Below, in pieces: positions 10,060 through 20,050 of a stretch of 64,000 nucleotides of DNA. The position numbers were made by a program, and so were the translations under genes. The stretch is from NCBI GenBank assembly GCA_963720465.1, contig OY970393.1:1856001-1920000 (forward strand). Direction: 5' to 3'. The notes below the pieces were generated by a model. It was not told where the DNA came from, made no database searches, and saw only the letters and a list, made by a program, of their open reading frames with translations. The stretch comes from Methanobacteriota archaeon. Lineage in GTDB: Archaea > Halobacteriota > Bog-38 > Methanoflorentales > Methanoflorentaceae. Each line of letters starts with the position of its first letter. The first letter of the stretch is position 1.

Positions 10060-10653
10060 TTACGGTATCCACTTAAATATGACGTCCGCATCGCGTGGCG
10101 GCGGTGTCTCGATATCTTTCACCGGATAGCCGAAAATGAGCGGCACCATCAAACGGTACCCTTCCGGCACGTCCAGCTCTGTCAGCGTGTTCTGATCAGA
10201 ACCCAGAGGCATACCTAATCCTATCCAACAGCTGCCGATGCCAAGTGACCTGGCGGCGATCAGCATGTTCTCGGCTGCAGCCGCGCAGTCGTACTCATGC
10301 GAAGTATACGCGTGCGGCATTGCGAACATGAGTATGAGCACTGGAGCATTGTAGAATATGTTAAATTCCGGCATTTTCAGCGCTTTCATAACGTTCTCCG
10401 GCCGCTTAATCTCGGGGCCAGAACTCGTGCCCATGTCTAGCCACAATTTTTTCGCTCGCTCGGATAGCCTGTCTATCATCTCCCTGTTCTTGATGACCAC
10501 GAACCGCCGCGGTTGGTCTCTGGTGGGATACGGTGAAAACGGCGCATACGTGCCCGCTTTGATCAGTTCTCTGATAAGGTCGTCGGGCACCTCATTCGGC
10601 TTGTAATCCCTCACAGACCTCCTTAGATAGATGTTCTCAAAAACGGTGTTCAT
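10060..10653 (-). CDS. Nitroreductase family protein
   Basis: RRSVRDY, AP..QP..FVVI, DCAAAAENMLIAARSLGIGSCWIG, FGYP motifs. Confidence 0.92.
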   Translation of the reverse strand: MNTVFENIYLRRSVRDYKPNEVPDDLIRELIKAGTYAPFSPYPTRDQPRRFVVIKNREMIDRLSERAKKLWLDMGTSSGPEIKRPENVMKALKMPEFNIFYNAPVLILMFAMPHAYTSHEYDCAAAAENMLIAARSLGIGSCWIGLGMPLGSDQNTLTELDVPEGYRLMVPLIFGYPVKDIETPPPRDADVIFKWIP

Positions 10654-10984
10654 AATATTCGTCCGCCGCCTCCATAGGTGCCACAACAATTAAGCTTTTG
10701 TTACTCTGGACTCGTGTCGGCGGTGCGCGGCATCACAAACAAAAGCTTCTTTCGTTTATCCGAGCTTTTTCTTTTAAGTGGACCTGATCGACTGAGGCTG
10801 ACCCGCCAAGATTTTGGCGGCTGCGTTTGGGTCAAGTTTAACGCAGCTAAACCCCGTCGTCTCACATGTTCCAACGCTTCAACAAGCTGAGATCAGTAGG
10901 CGTGGTTACTCACGCATAGGCCTTGGAAATGCACGCAGTCAGCGGAGCTATGGTGGTAAGAACCCGGTCTGCAAACAGCTCATG

Positions 10985-11350
10985 TTACTTCGCGGACGGT
11001 TCGGGCTCCATGACGCTAAAAACGTTCCCTTCTGTGTCCTTGCAGAGGGCGAGATACCCCTGGCCCGGAACCGCCTGCTTTGGAATCATAACGTTTCCGC
11101 CTGCGTCCACGATCTTTTTCGTGAAGTCATCGACAGATGCGACGCTGATGGTGTTCACTGTCACTTGCCCAGGCCTGCGCGGCGCTATCACACCGTTGAT
11201 TCCCGGTTCTTCATCGGGTCCTGTGACAACTAGCCAGTAATCCTTGGGTCCCTCCCTCTTTGTGATGGTCCAGCCAAACACCTTCTCGTAAAACGCTATC
11301 GCCCGCTTAATGTCATCGCCAGGCAGCTCAAAAAACACTACTCGTGGCAT
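10985..11350 (-). CDS. VOC/glyoxalase-bleomycin resistance family protein
   Basis: VVFFELPGDDIKRAIAFYEKVFGW..PGQGYLALCKDTEGN. Confidence 0.9.
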   Translation of the reverse strand: MPRVVFFELPGDDIKRAIAFYEKVFGWTITKREGPKDYWLVVTGPDEEPGINGVIAPRRPGQVTVNTISVASVDDFTKKIVDAGGNVMIPKQAVPGQGYLALCKDTEGNVFSVMEPEPSAK

Positions 11351-11800
11351 TTTACACTCCTTGAAGTTAATTTTGCGAGTCTTTGTGACGCCCATACGTA
11401 TACGATTTGGCCGAGAACCGCGCACCAGAAGCGCACGAGTGCCGCGTTAAGGGCGGCATCGGTCACGGGAGAAGGAGGAACGGCTCCGACTACTGGTGAG
11501 GCGTTTCGTTTTTCTTTTTCTCTCTGTGCTCTAAACGCGATACGCGCTCGGTGAACGCGTTCTTACGCAGCTTTATGACAACGTTTTGAGCCATTGCGCC
11601 TCCGTTTTGCCGTTTGAGTGGTGACATAAGATGAACCAAGACTTGTGCATTGTTTCTGATTATAGGGATCGCGGCTCGACATTGACCGCCGCCGTCGTGC
11701 AGCACGGACCATGGTGGCGGCACCCACGGCAACGCACATTTTTGGAGTTAGGGTTTTACGTGGTGAGCTCTAAAAAATAACCAATCCGACGGTTGTGACT

Positions 11801-12016
11801 ATGAACGAACAAGAGTATTGTACAAACTGTGGGTCGGCCAATCCGACCGGAGCCACGGTGTGTGCAAACTGCGGTACGACGTTAAAGCCCAAGCGGCCGT
11901 GGTTCGGACCCAAGCGGGTTGGCTACGGGATCAGTCCCAAGACCTGGCAAGGGTGGCTCATCGTCGCCGTCTTCGTTGCCGTCGTGACCGGGATCGCCCT
12001 CTGGCTTGGCCGCTGA
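11801..12016 (+). CDS. Zinc-ribbon domain membrane protein
   Basis: CxxC..CxxC, WFGPKRVGYGISPKTWQGW, C-terminal TM helix. Confidence 0.7.
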   Translation: MNEQEYCTNCGSANPTGATVCANCGTTLKPKRPWFGPKRVGYGISPKTWQGWLIVAVFVAVVTGIALWLGR

Positions 12017-12090
12017 TGGTCCGCAGCGAGGAGATTGATAGTTTGTTCGGCGCGAGCTAAGCGCGAGTTAAGATGAACGCGGCTTGACAA

Positions 12091-12357
12091 ATGGCACGTC
12101 TAGAAATGGCATCAGATAGTCTTTACGCCGAAAACCAGAAACAAGCCGCCGTAAAGTGGCTAAAAAAGCACATAGTAGGGGTTTGCATAGTTGTTGAAGC
12201 AGCACTCATTATGTTGTTGTTCAACCCCGCTTTGCGGGTAAACCCCGCTTCTCTGTGGTGGGGTATTTTTGTAATTCTTACTGCTTGGGCAATGGTGTTT
12301 GTTTTTGTTATCGGCGTCTTTCTGTTTCTTCAAAAAAGGAATCAGCAAGCTCAATGA
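12091..12357 (+). CDS. Small 2-TM hypothetical protein
   Basis: Two hydrophobic helices; its 5' end is shared with the repeat at 24649-24740. Confidence 0.5.
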   Translation: MARLEMASDSLYAENQKQAAVKWLKKHIVGVCIVVEAALIMLLFNPALRVNPASLWWGIFVILTAWAMVFVFVIGVFLFLQKRNQQAQ

Positions 12358-12878
12358 CTACGAAGCACATAAGAGGCGCCAAGTTCTGACCGATGCCGTC
12401 TTCAAAACGTCGTGCACGCGGTGCGACGTCGGGATCACAATGGGGTAATGATCGGCCGACCCTGGTATGTGCAAGATCGGCCATGCAGATTAAATCGATA
12501 TGGCCGCCTTTGGCGAGTAAGCACAAATGAGCACGCAAAACCCCAATCATCGCCTTGACACGCTTTGGTTTGACGTATCACGTGCGTGCCGCTCTTACTA
12601 CGGGTTTGGCTTCGTTCTAGCACAGCTTCAAGAAAAAGCTGGTCGCGCAGCACTCCGAAAGAAGAATCCGCGAAGCACAACGAGGCAGCAGTTAAGCGGC
12701 TGTAACGACGGCGGTGGAAAAAAGAAAGGCGAGCAAACCGACGTTAGATCGTTCGAATGTAGCCATTTTTTGACCATTTAGACATCGCTGCATCGTTTTT
12801 GCGGTCACGTGGGACCGAAGCATTTTTATGTCCCTTTAACGCGTCTTACCTAAAGGAAGGTTTTTACCGAGGCAACCT

Positions 12879-14351
12879 ATGCGCGCATATAAAATCGTCC
12901 CTATTTCTATAGCAGTTCTTCTCGTTACCGTGCTATTTGCGGGTGTCATCACCGTGAGTGTGGCTTCGACTCCCCTGACCCCATCCTCCGGACTCTCCCT
13001 CTCGGCCAGCACCACCGCCCCCACCGTCAAGCAGTCCGTCACCTTCACCGCCACTCTCAAGAGCGGCTCAACGGACCTGTCGTCCAAGTCCGTCACCATC
13101 TACCACTACCTCAACGGCGTCCGCTACAACGACGCCGCCAAGGCCACCAACGCCAATGGCCAGATCACCCTCACCACGAGCTTTGGCTCCGCCGGTAAGC
13201 GCACCTACTACGCCACCTTTGCCGGTGACAGCTCCTATCAAGCATCGACAAGCAGCGTCGTCACCGTCAACGTGAAGGCCGATCCCGAGCCACAACCGAG
13301 CGTTACACTCACGGCGTCCACCACCGCCCCCACCGTCAAGCAGTCCGTCACCTTCACCGCCACTCTCAAGAGCGGCTCAACGGACCTGTCGTCCAAGTCC
13401 GTCACCATCTACCACTACCTCAACGGCGTCCGCTACAACGACGCCGCCAAGGCCACCAACGCCAATGGCCAGATCACCCTCACCACGAGCTTTGGCTCCG
13501 CCGGTAAGCGCACCTACTACGCCACCTTTGCCGGTGACAGCTCCTATCAAGCATCGACAAGCAGCGTCGTCACCGTCAACGTGAAGGCCCAGAACACGGT
13601 CGACCCCCCAACCAGCACTCAAACTATCTATTACGTTCCCCAGGCGGGATCAACGTGGGTCAACCAAGGGACGGCAGGCGCCAGCTATAACGCGTACTGC
13701 AGCAATCCTGCCTCATTTCAGACCCAGTCAAATGGCTACCCCTATTGGGGTGACGACACGAGCAGTGATTTTGTCTGCATCCCGGCGGGCAGCGCAACCA
13801 ACAACCAGAACGTCGTTTCGTGGGAGATAGGGTTTCATTTCTCCGGAGTAGTGGCTGGCCAGCGCTACCAGAAAATTTGGGATAAAGCGTATGGCGGGTT
13901 CTTCATTGAAATTGACACCAATTACGGCCCTAATGCGAGTTACCTGACCCTCTACCGCGCCACGACCGGCGGCAGTGGCGCGCGGTGGTACATACCCACT
14001 ACTACGCCACTCCGCGCAGGCCACAATTACTACATTCAAATTTCGTGGAACACGAGCGCGGGCCCGGGACACGAACCGTATCCGACGATCTGGATCGGTG
14101 AGGACGGAAAAGCCCCGGTGCTTCAAACGAGCTGGGACGAGAGCGGCGGTGCTCTTGCCGGAACCGGATCGTGGTACAACGACGCAGTAGGGTCTGCGAA
14201 CCTGGGAAATACGGCGTCAGACGGTGGCCACGACACGTCGTCGAAGATTGCCCCGCTCAACGGCGGCATCTTTGTGTATCGGCAATTCAATTCAATCATT
14301 AATTTCAGCAATGGCGGAAACTGGAACACCGATAAACTGCGCTGGGCCTAG
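12879..14351 (+). CDS. Secreted protein with two identical Ig-like domains and a C-terminal beta-rich (possibly LamG/ConA-like) domain
   Basis: Signal peptide; duplicated ~90-aa Ig-like unit (VTFTATL..YYATFAGDSSYQAS..VTVNV); Trp/Tyr/Gly-rich C-domain. Confidence 0.8.
   Translation: MRAYKIVPISIAVLLVTVLFAGVITVSVASTPLTPSSGLSLSASTTAPTVKQSVTFTATLKSGSTDLSSKSVTIYHYLNGVRYNDAAKATNANGQITLTTSFGSAGKRTYYATFAGDSSYQASTSSVVTVNVKADPEPQPSVTLTASTTAPTVKQSVTFTATLKSGSTDLSSKSVTIYHYLNGVRYNDAAKATNANGQITLTTSFGSAGKRTYYATFAGDSSYQASTSSVVTVNVKAQNTVDPPTSTQTIYYVPQAGSTWVNQGTAGASYNAYCSNPASFQTQSNGYPYWGDDTSSDFVCIPAGSATNNQNVVSWEIGFHFSGVVAGQRYQKIWDKAYGGFFIEIDTNYGPNASYLTLYRATTGGSGARWYIPTTTPLRAGHNYYIQISWNTSAGPGHEPYPTIWIGEDGKAPVLQTSWDESGGALAGTGSWYNDAVGSANLGNTASDGGHDTSSKIAPLNGGIFVYRQFNSIINFSNGGNWNTDKLRWA
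13010..13589 (+). repeat. 271-bp direct repeat (13010-13280 and 13319-13589), apparently identical
   Basis: Direct comparison by eye; offset 309 bp. Confidence 0.9.
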
Positions 14352-14684
14352 GGCGGTCACAGAGACCCAAGATGGCTGCGTGAGGCCGCTCCGAAGCCAG
14401 TTCGATTATTAGATCGCTTCCGCGATCCGATCACTTGTACTAGCCTGCTCAGAAAAACGTCTCCCGCAAGATCTTTTCTGCTGACAACAAATATGAAGCT
14501 CTACATAGGGATATCGCCTGTTCGCAGTTGTAGAGGCTGCGCTTGCGATGATGGATAAATGAGTGTATTTTTAGGGCGTGCTAGCGAAGCCAGAAACTAG
14601 AAGAAAAAAGTACAGAAAATGGAGCAGACAGACCCTTCCGACGCCGTGTTCTATTTTCAGGTACGAATGAGCAATAATAGCGCT

Positions 14685-15065
14685 TTACCGTGCTTTAATA
14701 ATTTGTTCCCGTAGTGCATTTTCGAACAGATCAAGGTCTTTTCGCATTCTTTCCAGCGCGGCCATAACATCGTCCACGCCGCGTAAGTTGACTCCTTTGT
14801 GCCGCTCTATTTGCGTCGCAACTTCTTCGACTTCGTTATAGAAATCCGCAAAAACCCTTTTTGCGTCGCTTGCAAGTTTCATCGCTTCATTTGGTTTTTC
14901 GTTATCGAAAAGCCGTTTGGAGGTCTGTATCATTGACACGACTTCGTTCTCTACTCTAGGCCAGCGCTTTTTCAGCACATCAAAGCGAGTTAGCCAATAG
15001 TTTCCAACTTCATCTGTGTGTCTCCAAATCATTCTAGTTCTCCGTTGTTCTTGCGTCAAATACAA
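14685..15065 (-). CDS. Hypothetical helical protein
   Basis: 126-aa charged ORF directly downstream of, and co-oriented with, the HD gene. Confidence 0.5.
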   Translation of the reverse strand: MYLTQEQRRTRMIWRHTDEVGNYWLTRFDVLKKRWPRVENEVVSMIQTSKRLFDNEKPNEAMKLASDAKRVFADFYNEVEEVATQIERHKGVNLRGVDDVMAALERMRKDLDLFENALREQIIKAR

Positions 15066-15092
15066 GAGAAAAAATGGCGAATGCGCTCCGAT

Positions 15093-16283
15093 TTAGTGAA
15101 ATCCCTCGTACACGTCGTCGAAGTTGATGCCAGCAATCGTCTTTTTGCGATAGAGCAGTTTCTTCTCTCGAACGGCGGTCTGCAATTGTGCGTTCGAAAT
15201 GCCGTTTTGCAGCGCCAGGTACGCTTCCATAAACGCCGCGAGGTCATCAGCTGCTTTGACCAGTTCTCCGTCGACCGGGTTGTAGCGGTCACGGTTGTAC
15301 GACGCGGTTATCTCATCAGAGGTTGTGTGGCATACCTGCCCGTCAATCGTCACCTTTGAGACAAACTCGTCTTCAGTAAACATCCGCATCTCGGGCTGCC
15401 ACGCCTTTGGGATGAGCCCTGGAGCGTAAATTCTGCGCTCCATCTCTTCCCTCTCAAAGTTCTTCACGAAGCGGTCCAGGCCCGTGGCCGCCCTCTTGAC
15501 GGGGCTGATGATGTCCTTGGTGAGGACTTCGGGCAGGTCGTGGAACAGCCCGGTGAAGTAGTTGTTCGCACGGCGTTTGAGACACGCGTCGATCTCGAGT
15601 GAGAACAGGTACGAGAGAATCGCCACTATGAGCGTGTGGCCGAGCACTGAGGTCCGTGGGACTCGGTAGAGTTGCCCCCATCGCACTTGAAATCGCAGGC
15701 GCCCGCACAAATCGACAAAGCTCCGATAGGTCGGGAAAAGGGCGAGGTGGCGCAGTCCTTCGACGTCAGCCAGCGCCTCCTGGCGCCTTTGCAATCCGCG
15801 ACGGATCTCCGCAATCTCGTAATCGCTCGTGTTTTCACGTTCTATGATGTCAAACTCCCACTTGGTCGCGTAGAAGTGGGCCGCCTCGAGCACCTTTCTG
15901 CTGACGGTGTCTGGTGGGCGGAAAAGGTACTCTTCAAACCGTTTGTCGAGACCGTTTAGATCAGAAATAAGTGGTGTAAAGCGCGCGTAGACCTCGCTCT
16001 TCAGCTCGTTGTACGTTTCGTCGTTTGCCTTGATCCTCTCGAAGATCTGTGGTTTCAAGTCGGTAAGGGTGAGGCGCTCGAAGTACTCAAACACGCCGCC
16101 CTCAATGACCTCGATCCAGCTGAAGCCGCCCTGATGTTCAGCAAACTTGCCAAGCACGTAGGCGATGGTCATCTTGTGTGCCTGCTTGTCCAGCTCGGTC
16201 AGGGGAATAGGGCACAGCTTGTCGTTCCAGCGGCGCATTTCAGCCGCTTGAAAAAGCTCAATGAGGAGGTCTTTTCCTATCAT
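15093..16283 (-). CDS. Double HD-domain phosphohydrolase (YfbR-like)
   Basis: MRRWND..ELDKQAHK in the N-half; RW..TSVLGH..GLFHDLPE..DIISPVK..KAADDLAAF in the C-half. Confidence 0.85.
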   Translation of the reverse strand: MIGKDLLIELFQAAEMRRWNDKLCPIPLTELDKQAHKMTIAYVLGKFAEHQGGFSWIEVIEGGVFEYFERLTLTDLKPQIFERIKANDETYNELKSEVYARFTPLISDLNGLDKRFEEYLFRPPDTVSRKVLEAAHFYATKWEFDIIERENTSDYEIAEIRRGLQRRQEALADVEGLRHLALFPTYRSFVDLCGRLRFQVRWGQLYRVPRTSVLGHTLIVAILSYLFSLEIDACLKRRANNYFTGLFHDLPEVLTKDIISPVKRAATGLDRFVKNFEREEMERRIYAPGLIPKAWQPEMRMFTEDEFVSKVTIDGQVCHTTSDEITASYNRDRYNPVDGELVKAADDLAAFMEAYLALQNGISNAQLQTAVREKKLLYRKKTIAGINFDDVYEGFH

Positions 16284-16645
16284 ATTGGTTGTTTCAAATT
16301 GGTGACAAAGAGCTGTTGATCTGCTTCCATAGCTCGGAAGCATTTAGATACATCGCTAAGGAACTTTGATGGGAACAATAATCTAACGCTTCCATAAAAA
16401 AGGTGTCCCCCTCAATCCCTGACGGACATTCCAGGCGTAGGCAAGTCCACTGCCAGCGATTTACTTCTTATAGCAGATTAAGCGGGCATTCTCTGATTAG
16501 CCAGATACACGCGCTAAACCTAGTTTGTTTACACTCATAACAAATGATATCATCGATAGGCGGAATTGATTTTCAAGGCTCTTCGAAGGCTATTATATCG
16601 TTTTTCATAACTTCTGATCTTTAGAGTTAGATCTCATCTGTGACA

Positions 16646-17887
16646 CTACTGGCTCTCTAAAAACTGTTTAGACTCTAGCGCTTCCCTGGCTTTGGCATAC
16701 CTATATTCCGCCTTCTCTTGGTCTTTCTCGACACCCAGCCCGCGCTCATACATTGCCCCTAAGTTGTTCATAGCATGGGGTTCCCGGGCCTCAGCCCCCT
16801 TTTTGTACCAATAAATAGCCTGTTCATAATCCTGCTCGACGGCAAGCCCCTTTTCAAAGAACCAACCGATGTTTACATAGGCGAGGGTGTCACCTCTTTC
16901 TGCTGCCTGTATATACCAGTACAAAGCCTTTTGGTGGTCGACCTCTACTCCTAGTCCTTTGCCGTACACGACACCCAGGTTCAACATACTGAGAGAATCG
17001 TTGCCGGCTGCTGCCATTTCATAGAAACATCTAGCTGCATCGTAGTTTTGCTCAAAATGAAATCCATTCTGAAAGTACAGTCCCATGTAAAAGTATCCTT
17101 TTATCTCTCCTGAAATAGCCAGCTCTTCATAGATCTCGGCAGCCATTCTGTAATTTTTCCTGACGCCATGTCCGTAGTGATACCGGTTGCCAAGATTCAA
17201 TTTGGCCTTGAGATCTCCCAGTTTGGCAGCTTGCGTGTACCATTTCACTGCGCCTTTATCGTCCGGATTGTGTTCGTCATCCGATCCATATCCCTCGCAT
17301 ATGTTGCCAAGGTTGGTCATGGCTCGCGTGTTACCACATTCCGCTGCTTTTTCGAACCACTCGACTGCAGCTTTTAAATTACGATTGACTCCCAGACCAT
17401 TCAGATAAAGCCAGCCGATGTTGTTCATAGCCGTACTGTTACCCTCGGCGCTAGCTAACGTATAAAGTTCCATCGCCTTACTATAATCCTGGTCAAAACC
17501 ATGCCCCTTTTCAAGTCTATAACCGAGTTCTAGCAAAGCTTCGCCAGGTTTTGATTCTTGTTGCTCTTTTTTTGCCGGACCTCTACCTTCTTTCTTTTCA
17601 ACACCTCCTAATTTGCCTTCCATTACAAATGCTCGAAGCTCTTCCACACCACCTTTACGGTGGCACCATCCGCAACCGAAAGAGTTCGTTGCAGCGTTGA
17701 TGAAGAAGACATGATTCCCAGTTTTGCCGTGGATCTTCCCTGGGCACCTAGCGAACCAATAGCTGGGACCTTCACCAGTAGGTTCTGGGGAAAGCCCTAG
17801 CTCACGTGCAACCTTGATAATTTCTGTCTCAGCCTCTCGTGCCTTCTGCTTATTTTCGTCCAACTCCTTCTCGATTTTTCGTACCAT
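16646..17887 (-). CDS. Sel1-repeat protein with an N-terminal CHC2-like zinc finger
   Basis: RCPG..H..FGCGWCHRKGG followed by about 8 Sel1 repeats (AMNNLGAMYERGLGVEKD); AT-richer than its flanks. Confidence 0.85.
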   Translation of the reverse strand: MVRKIEKELDENKQKAREAETEIIKVARELGLSPEPTGEGPSYWFARCPGKIHGKTGNHVFFINAATNSFGCGWCHRKGGVEELRAFVMEGKLGGVEKKEGRGPAKKEQQESKPGEALLELGYRLEKGHGFDQDYSKAMELYTLASAEGNSTAMNNIGWLYLNGLGVNRNLKAAVEWFEKAAECGNTRAMTNLGNICEGYGSDDEHNPDDKGAVKWYTQAAKLGDLKAKLNLGNRYHYGHGVRKNYRMAAEIYEELAISGEIKGYFYMGLYFQNGFHFEQNYDAARCFYEMAAAGNDSLSMLNLGVVYGKGLGVEVDHQKALYWYIQAAERGDTLAYVNIGWFFEKGLAVEQDYEQAIYWYKKGAEAREPHAMNNLGAMYERGLGVEKDQEKAEYRYAKAREALESKQFLESQ

Positions 17888-18223
17888 ACTTGTGAAAGAT
17901 GACTCATCAACGATGCCCGCGACAAGAAATGCTTCAGGCCACTCAAAACCATGCCGGGCGCGGACGAATAGCTCTATGAGTTTTAAACAAGCAGTGAGCT
18001 CTTCACCTTTCCTTGTACTAGCGATACGCGTATGAAAATGGAGCAGAGAAAATATTCGCCATTGCTAAGGAAAAAGAGTACACCATCGTAAGTATGAAAA
18101 ACGAATGGAACGAGATTTTCAGATGAAAGACAAACCGGAACTAACTGCTATCGATATATTGCTCGCTGATAGCGGTCAAAAGAGTAGTAGAAATCAACAA
18201 AAGAATGGTAACCTCGTTGTTCT

Positions 18224-18928
18224 TTATAGCCTCGTCGATGCAAGTAGAGCCATCAAATTGCGGACGTTTTGCTGTTCGACGACAAATCGCGGCGGAATAC
18301 TGCGTTGAATGAACCCCGATATCCCGAGCACTTCTTCCATTTCAGGAGAAAGCGCGTGCATTGGTCGCCCTCTCCTATCTGGTTTCTTTTGGCTGATCAG
18401 TATCGCTTTTTCTAACAGCCTGCTGTCCCCGGCACCGGCTACCACGACGAGATCGCGTAAGGAATTTCGGCGCTTCACGTGTGCGTTGTTACTGTACCGC
18501 TGAAGGCTTTCTGCGAGCTCAGCTTCTGATAACTTGTTAAACTCCGTGACGTTGTCCACGTCGAAATATCCGATGATGTACAGAGCTTCGTCGTATTTGG
18601 CAGTCGCAAATGGCCGCAGTCCGGCGTAGAATACGAGCAGATCTCCTTGAACGAGCTTCAGCAGGGAATAGCGCTTCAGTGTCGGATCGCCGTACGTGCA
18701 GGTGAGAAACTCGGGGTCTTCGTGCATCGGCGCGTTCTTGATGCTCGACGGAACGTAGGCTGAAAGGCGCTTCCCCCTTCTCCCAATTCTGTCGTTATAC
18801 GTCGCGGCTCCCGGCGCGGGAAAGCTCTCGGGAATTGGGACGAACTCGAACGATCCATCGTCAAATATGGGACTGAGCGTCCCTCCGCACCCCTTATCGA
18901 TACCTACGCGCAACAATAGTGCCTTCAT
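18224..18928 (-). CDS. Second Nmad3 family protein
   Basis: Same length (234 aa) and motifs as 3777..4481. Confidence 0.75.
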   Translation of the reverse strand: MKALLLRVGIDKGCGGTLSPIFDDGSFEFVPIPESFPAPGAATYNDRIGRRGKRLSAYVPSSIKNAPMHEDPEFLTCTYGDPTLKRYSLLKLVQGDLLVFYAGLRPFATAKYDEALYIIGYFDVDNVTEFNKLSEAELAESLQRYSNNAHVKRRNSLRDLVVVAGAGDSRLLEKAILISQKKPDRRGRPMHALSPEMEEVLGISGFIQRSIPPRFVVEQQNVRNLMALLASTRL

Positions 18929-19103
18929 TGCAGCCATACAGGTGAGGCGTACTTCAATAAGTCTTGCCCTGGGTGGCTTTCTGAAAACCGCGGTTGCTAG
19001 CTGAAACGTGTGCCCCAGTGCAAACAAGTCGACCATCAAAAAGAAACAGTAATGAGGAGCAATGTCGTGCAACTATTCAGCGTTAAAACTAGGAGATTCA
19101 GAA

Positions 19104-19319
19104 ATGAGCAACCAACAACCAGAGCCGAGGAGGATATACGAGTCTATCGCCGTGCCGTTCGTGTGGCTCGTTTTCCTAGCGCTATGGCTATTCTATTATG
19201 CAAGCAGCTTCAGCATTCTGCAAAACATAGGTGTCGTTCTGATATCGTTCGCCGTTGCGGGGGTATTAGAGGTCCTCGTGTGGGTTCCGTGGGCCATGCA
19301 CCACGCGGACCAGCGTTAG
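19104..19319 (+). CDS. Small 2-TM membrane protein (paralog of 54280..54528)
   Basis: WLxFLALWLFYYA..FSIxQNI..WVPWAM shared with the paralog; AGGAG RBS. Confidence 0.75.
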   Translation: MSNQQPEPRRIYESIAVPFVWLVFLALWLFYYASSFSILQNIGVVLISFAVAGVLEVLVWVPWAMHHADQR

Positions 19320-19379
19320 TACTCGCGCGAAGAACTGACGAAGGCAGCGCGAACAGGGCTCTGTCGCACTAGTGCACCA

Positions 19380-19976
19380 ATGACCGCGGCATTGTTCGCC
19401 GCCAGCGAAACAATAAGAGGAGGGCGTGAAGCGGTGAGATGCATTGCTTTGTTGCGCGGAATCAACGTCAGCGGTCGAAAAACCGCAACTATGACGGATG
19501 TAAAAAGAGTTTTTGAATCGCTGAGTTTTGAAAATGTGAGAACGTACGCTCAGAGTGGCAACGTCATTTTCGAGTGCAGGTGTGCTGAAAAGGCAAAAAT
19601 TGCCGCGTGCGTGGAAGAAAAGTTACGCGAAACCTTTGGGTTTTCGACAGACGTACTCATCAGGACGCAGCCTGAACTCGAGACTATCATCGATAATAAT
19701 CCGCTTATCAATAGCGCAGGTGTAAGGCCGGACAAGCTGTATGTCACCTTTTTGTCAGATGCGCCAGACGAAACGGTCGCGTCAACCCTCGACATAAAAC
19801 TCGACCAAGGTGAGATGTTCGTAATTGTTGGCAAGGAAGTGTATCTCTATTGCCCGAATGGGTATGCCAGGACAAAGCTGAACAACGCTATGTTCGAAAC
19901 GAAGCTGAAAACGGCAGCAACAACGAGGAACTGGAAAACGATAAACAAATTGCTCGTCATTTCAAAATTAAGTTAG
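19380..19976 (+). CDS. DUF1697 family protein (likely start GTG 19434)
   Basis: IALLRGINVSG..VRTYAQSGNVIF..TTRNWKT. Confidence 0.88.
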   Translation: MTAALFAASETIRGGREAVRCIALLRGINVSGRKTATMTDVKRVFESLSFENVRTYAQSGNVIFECRCAEKAKIAACVEEKLRETFGFSTDVLIRTQPELETIIDNNPLINSAGVRPDKLYVTFLSDAPDETVASTLDIKLDQGEMFVIVGKEVYLYCPNGYARTKLNNAMFETKLKTAATTRNWKTINKLLVISKLS

Positions 19977-20050
19977 TGAGGCAACCTGGGCAATCAAGTT
20001 GGGAATTGCGCGGATCCTGTGACGCGGCGTTGGTATCGAGTTCCCAAAGG

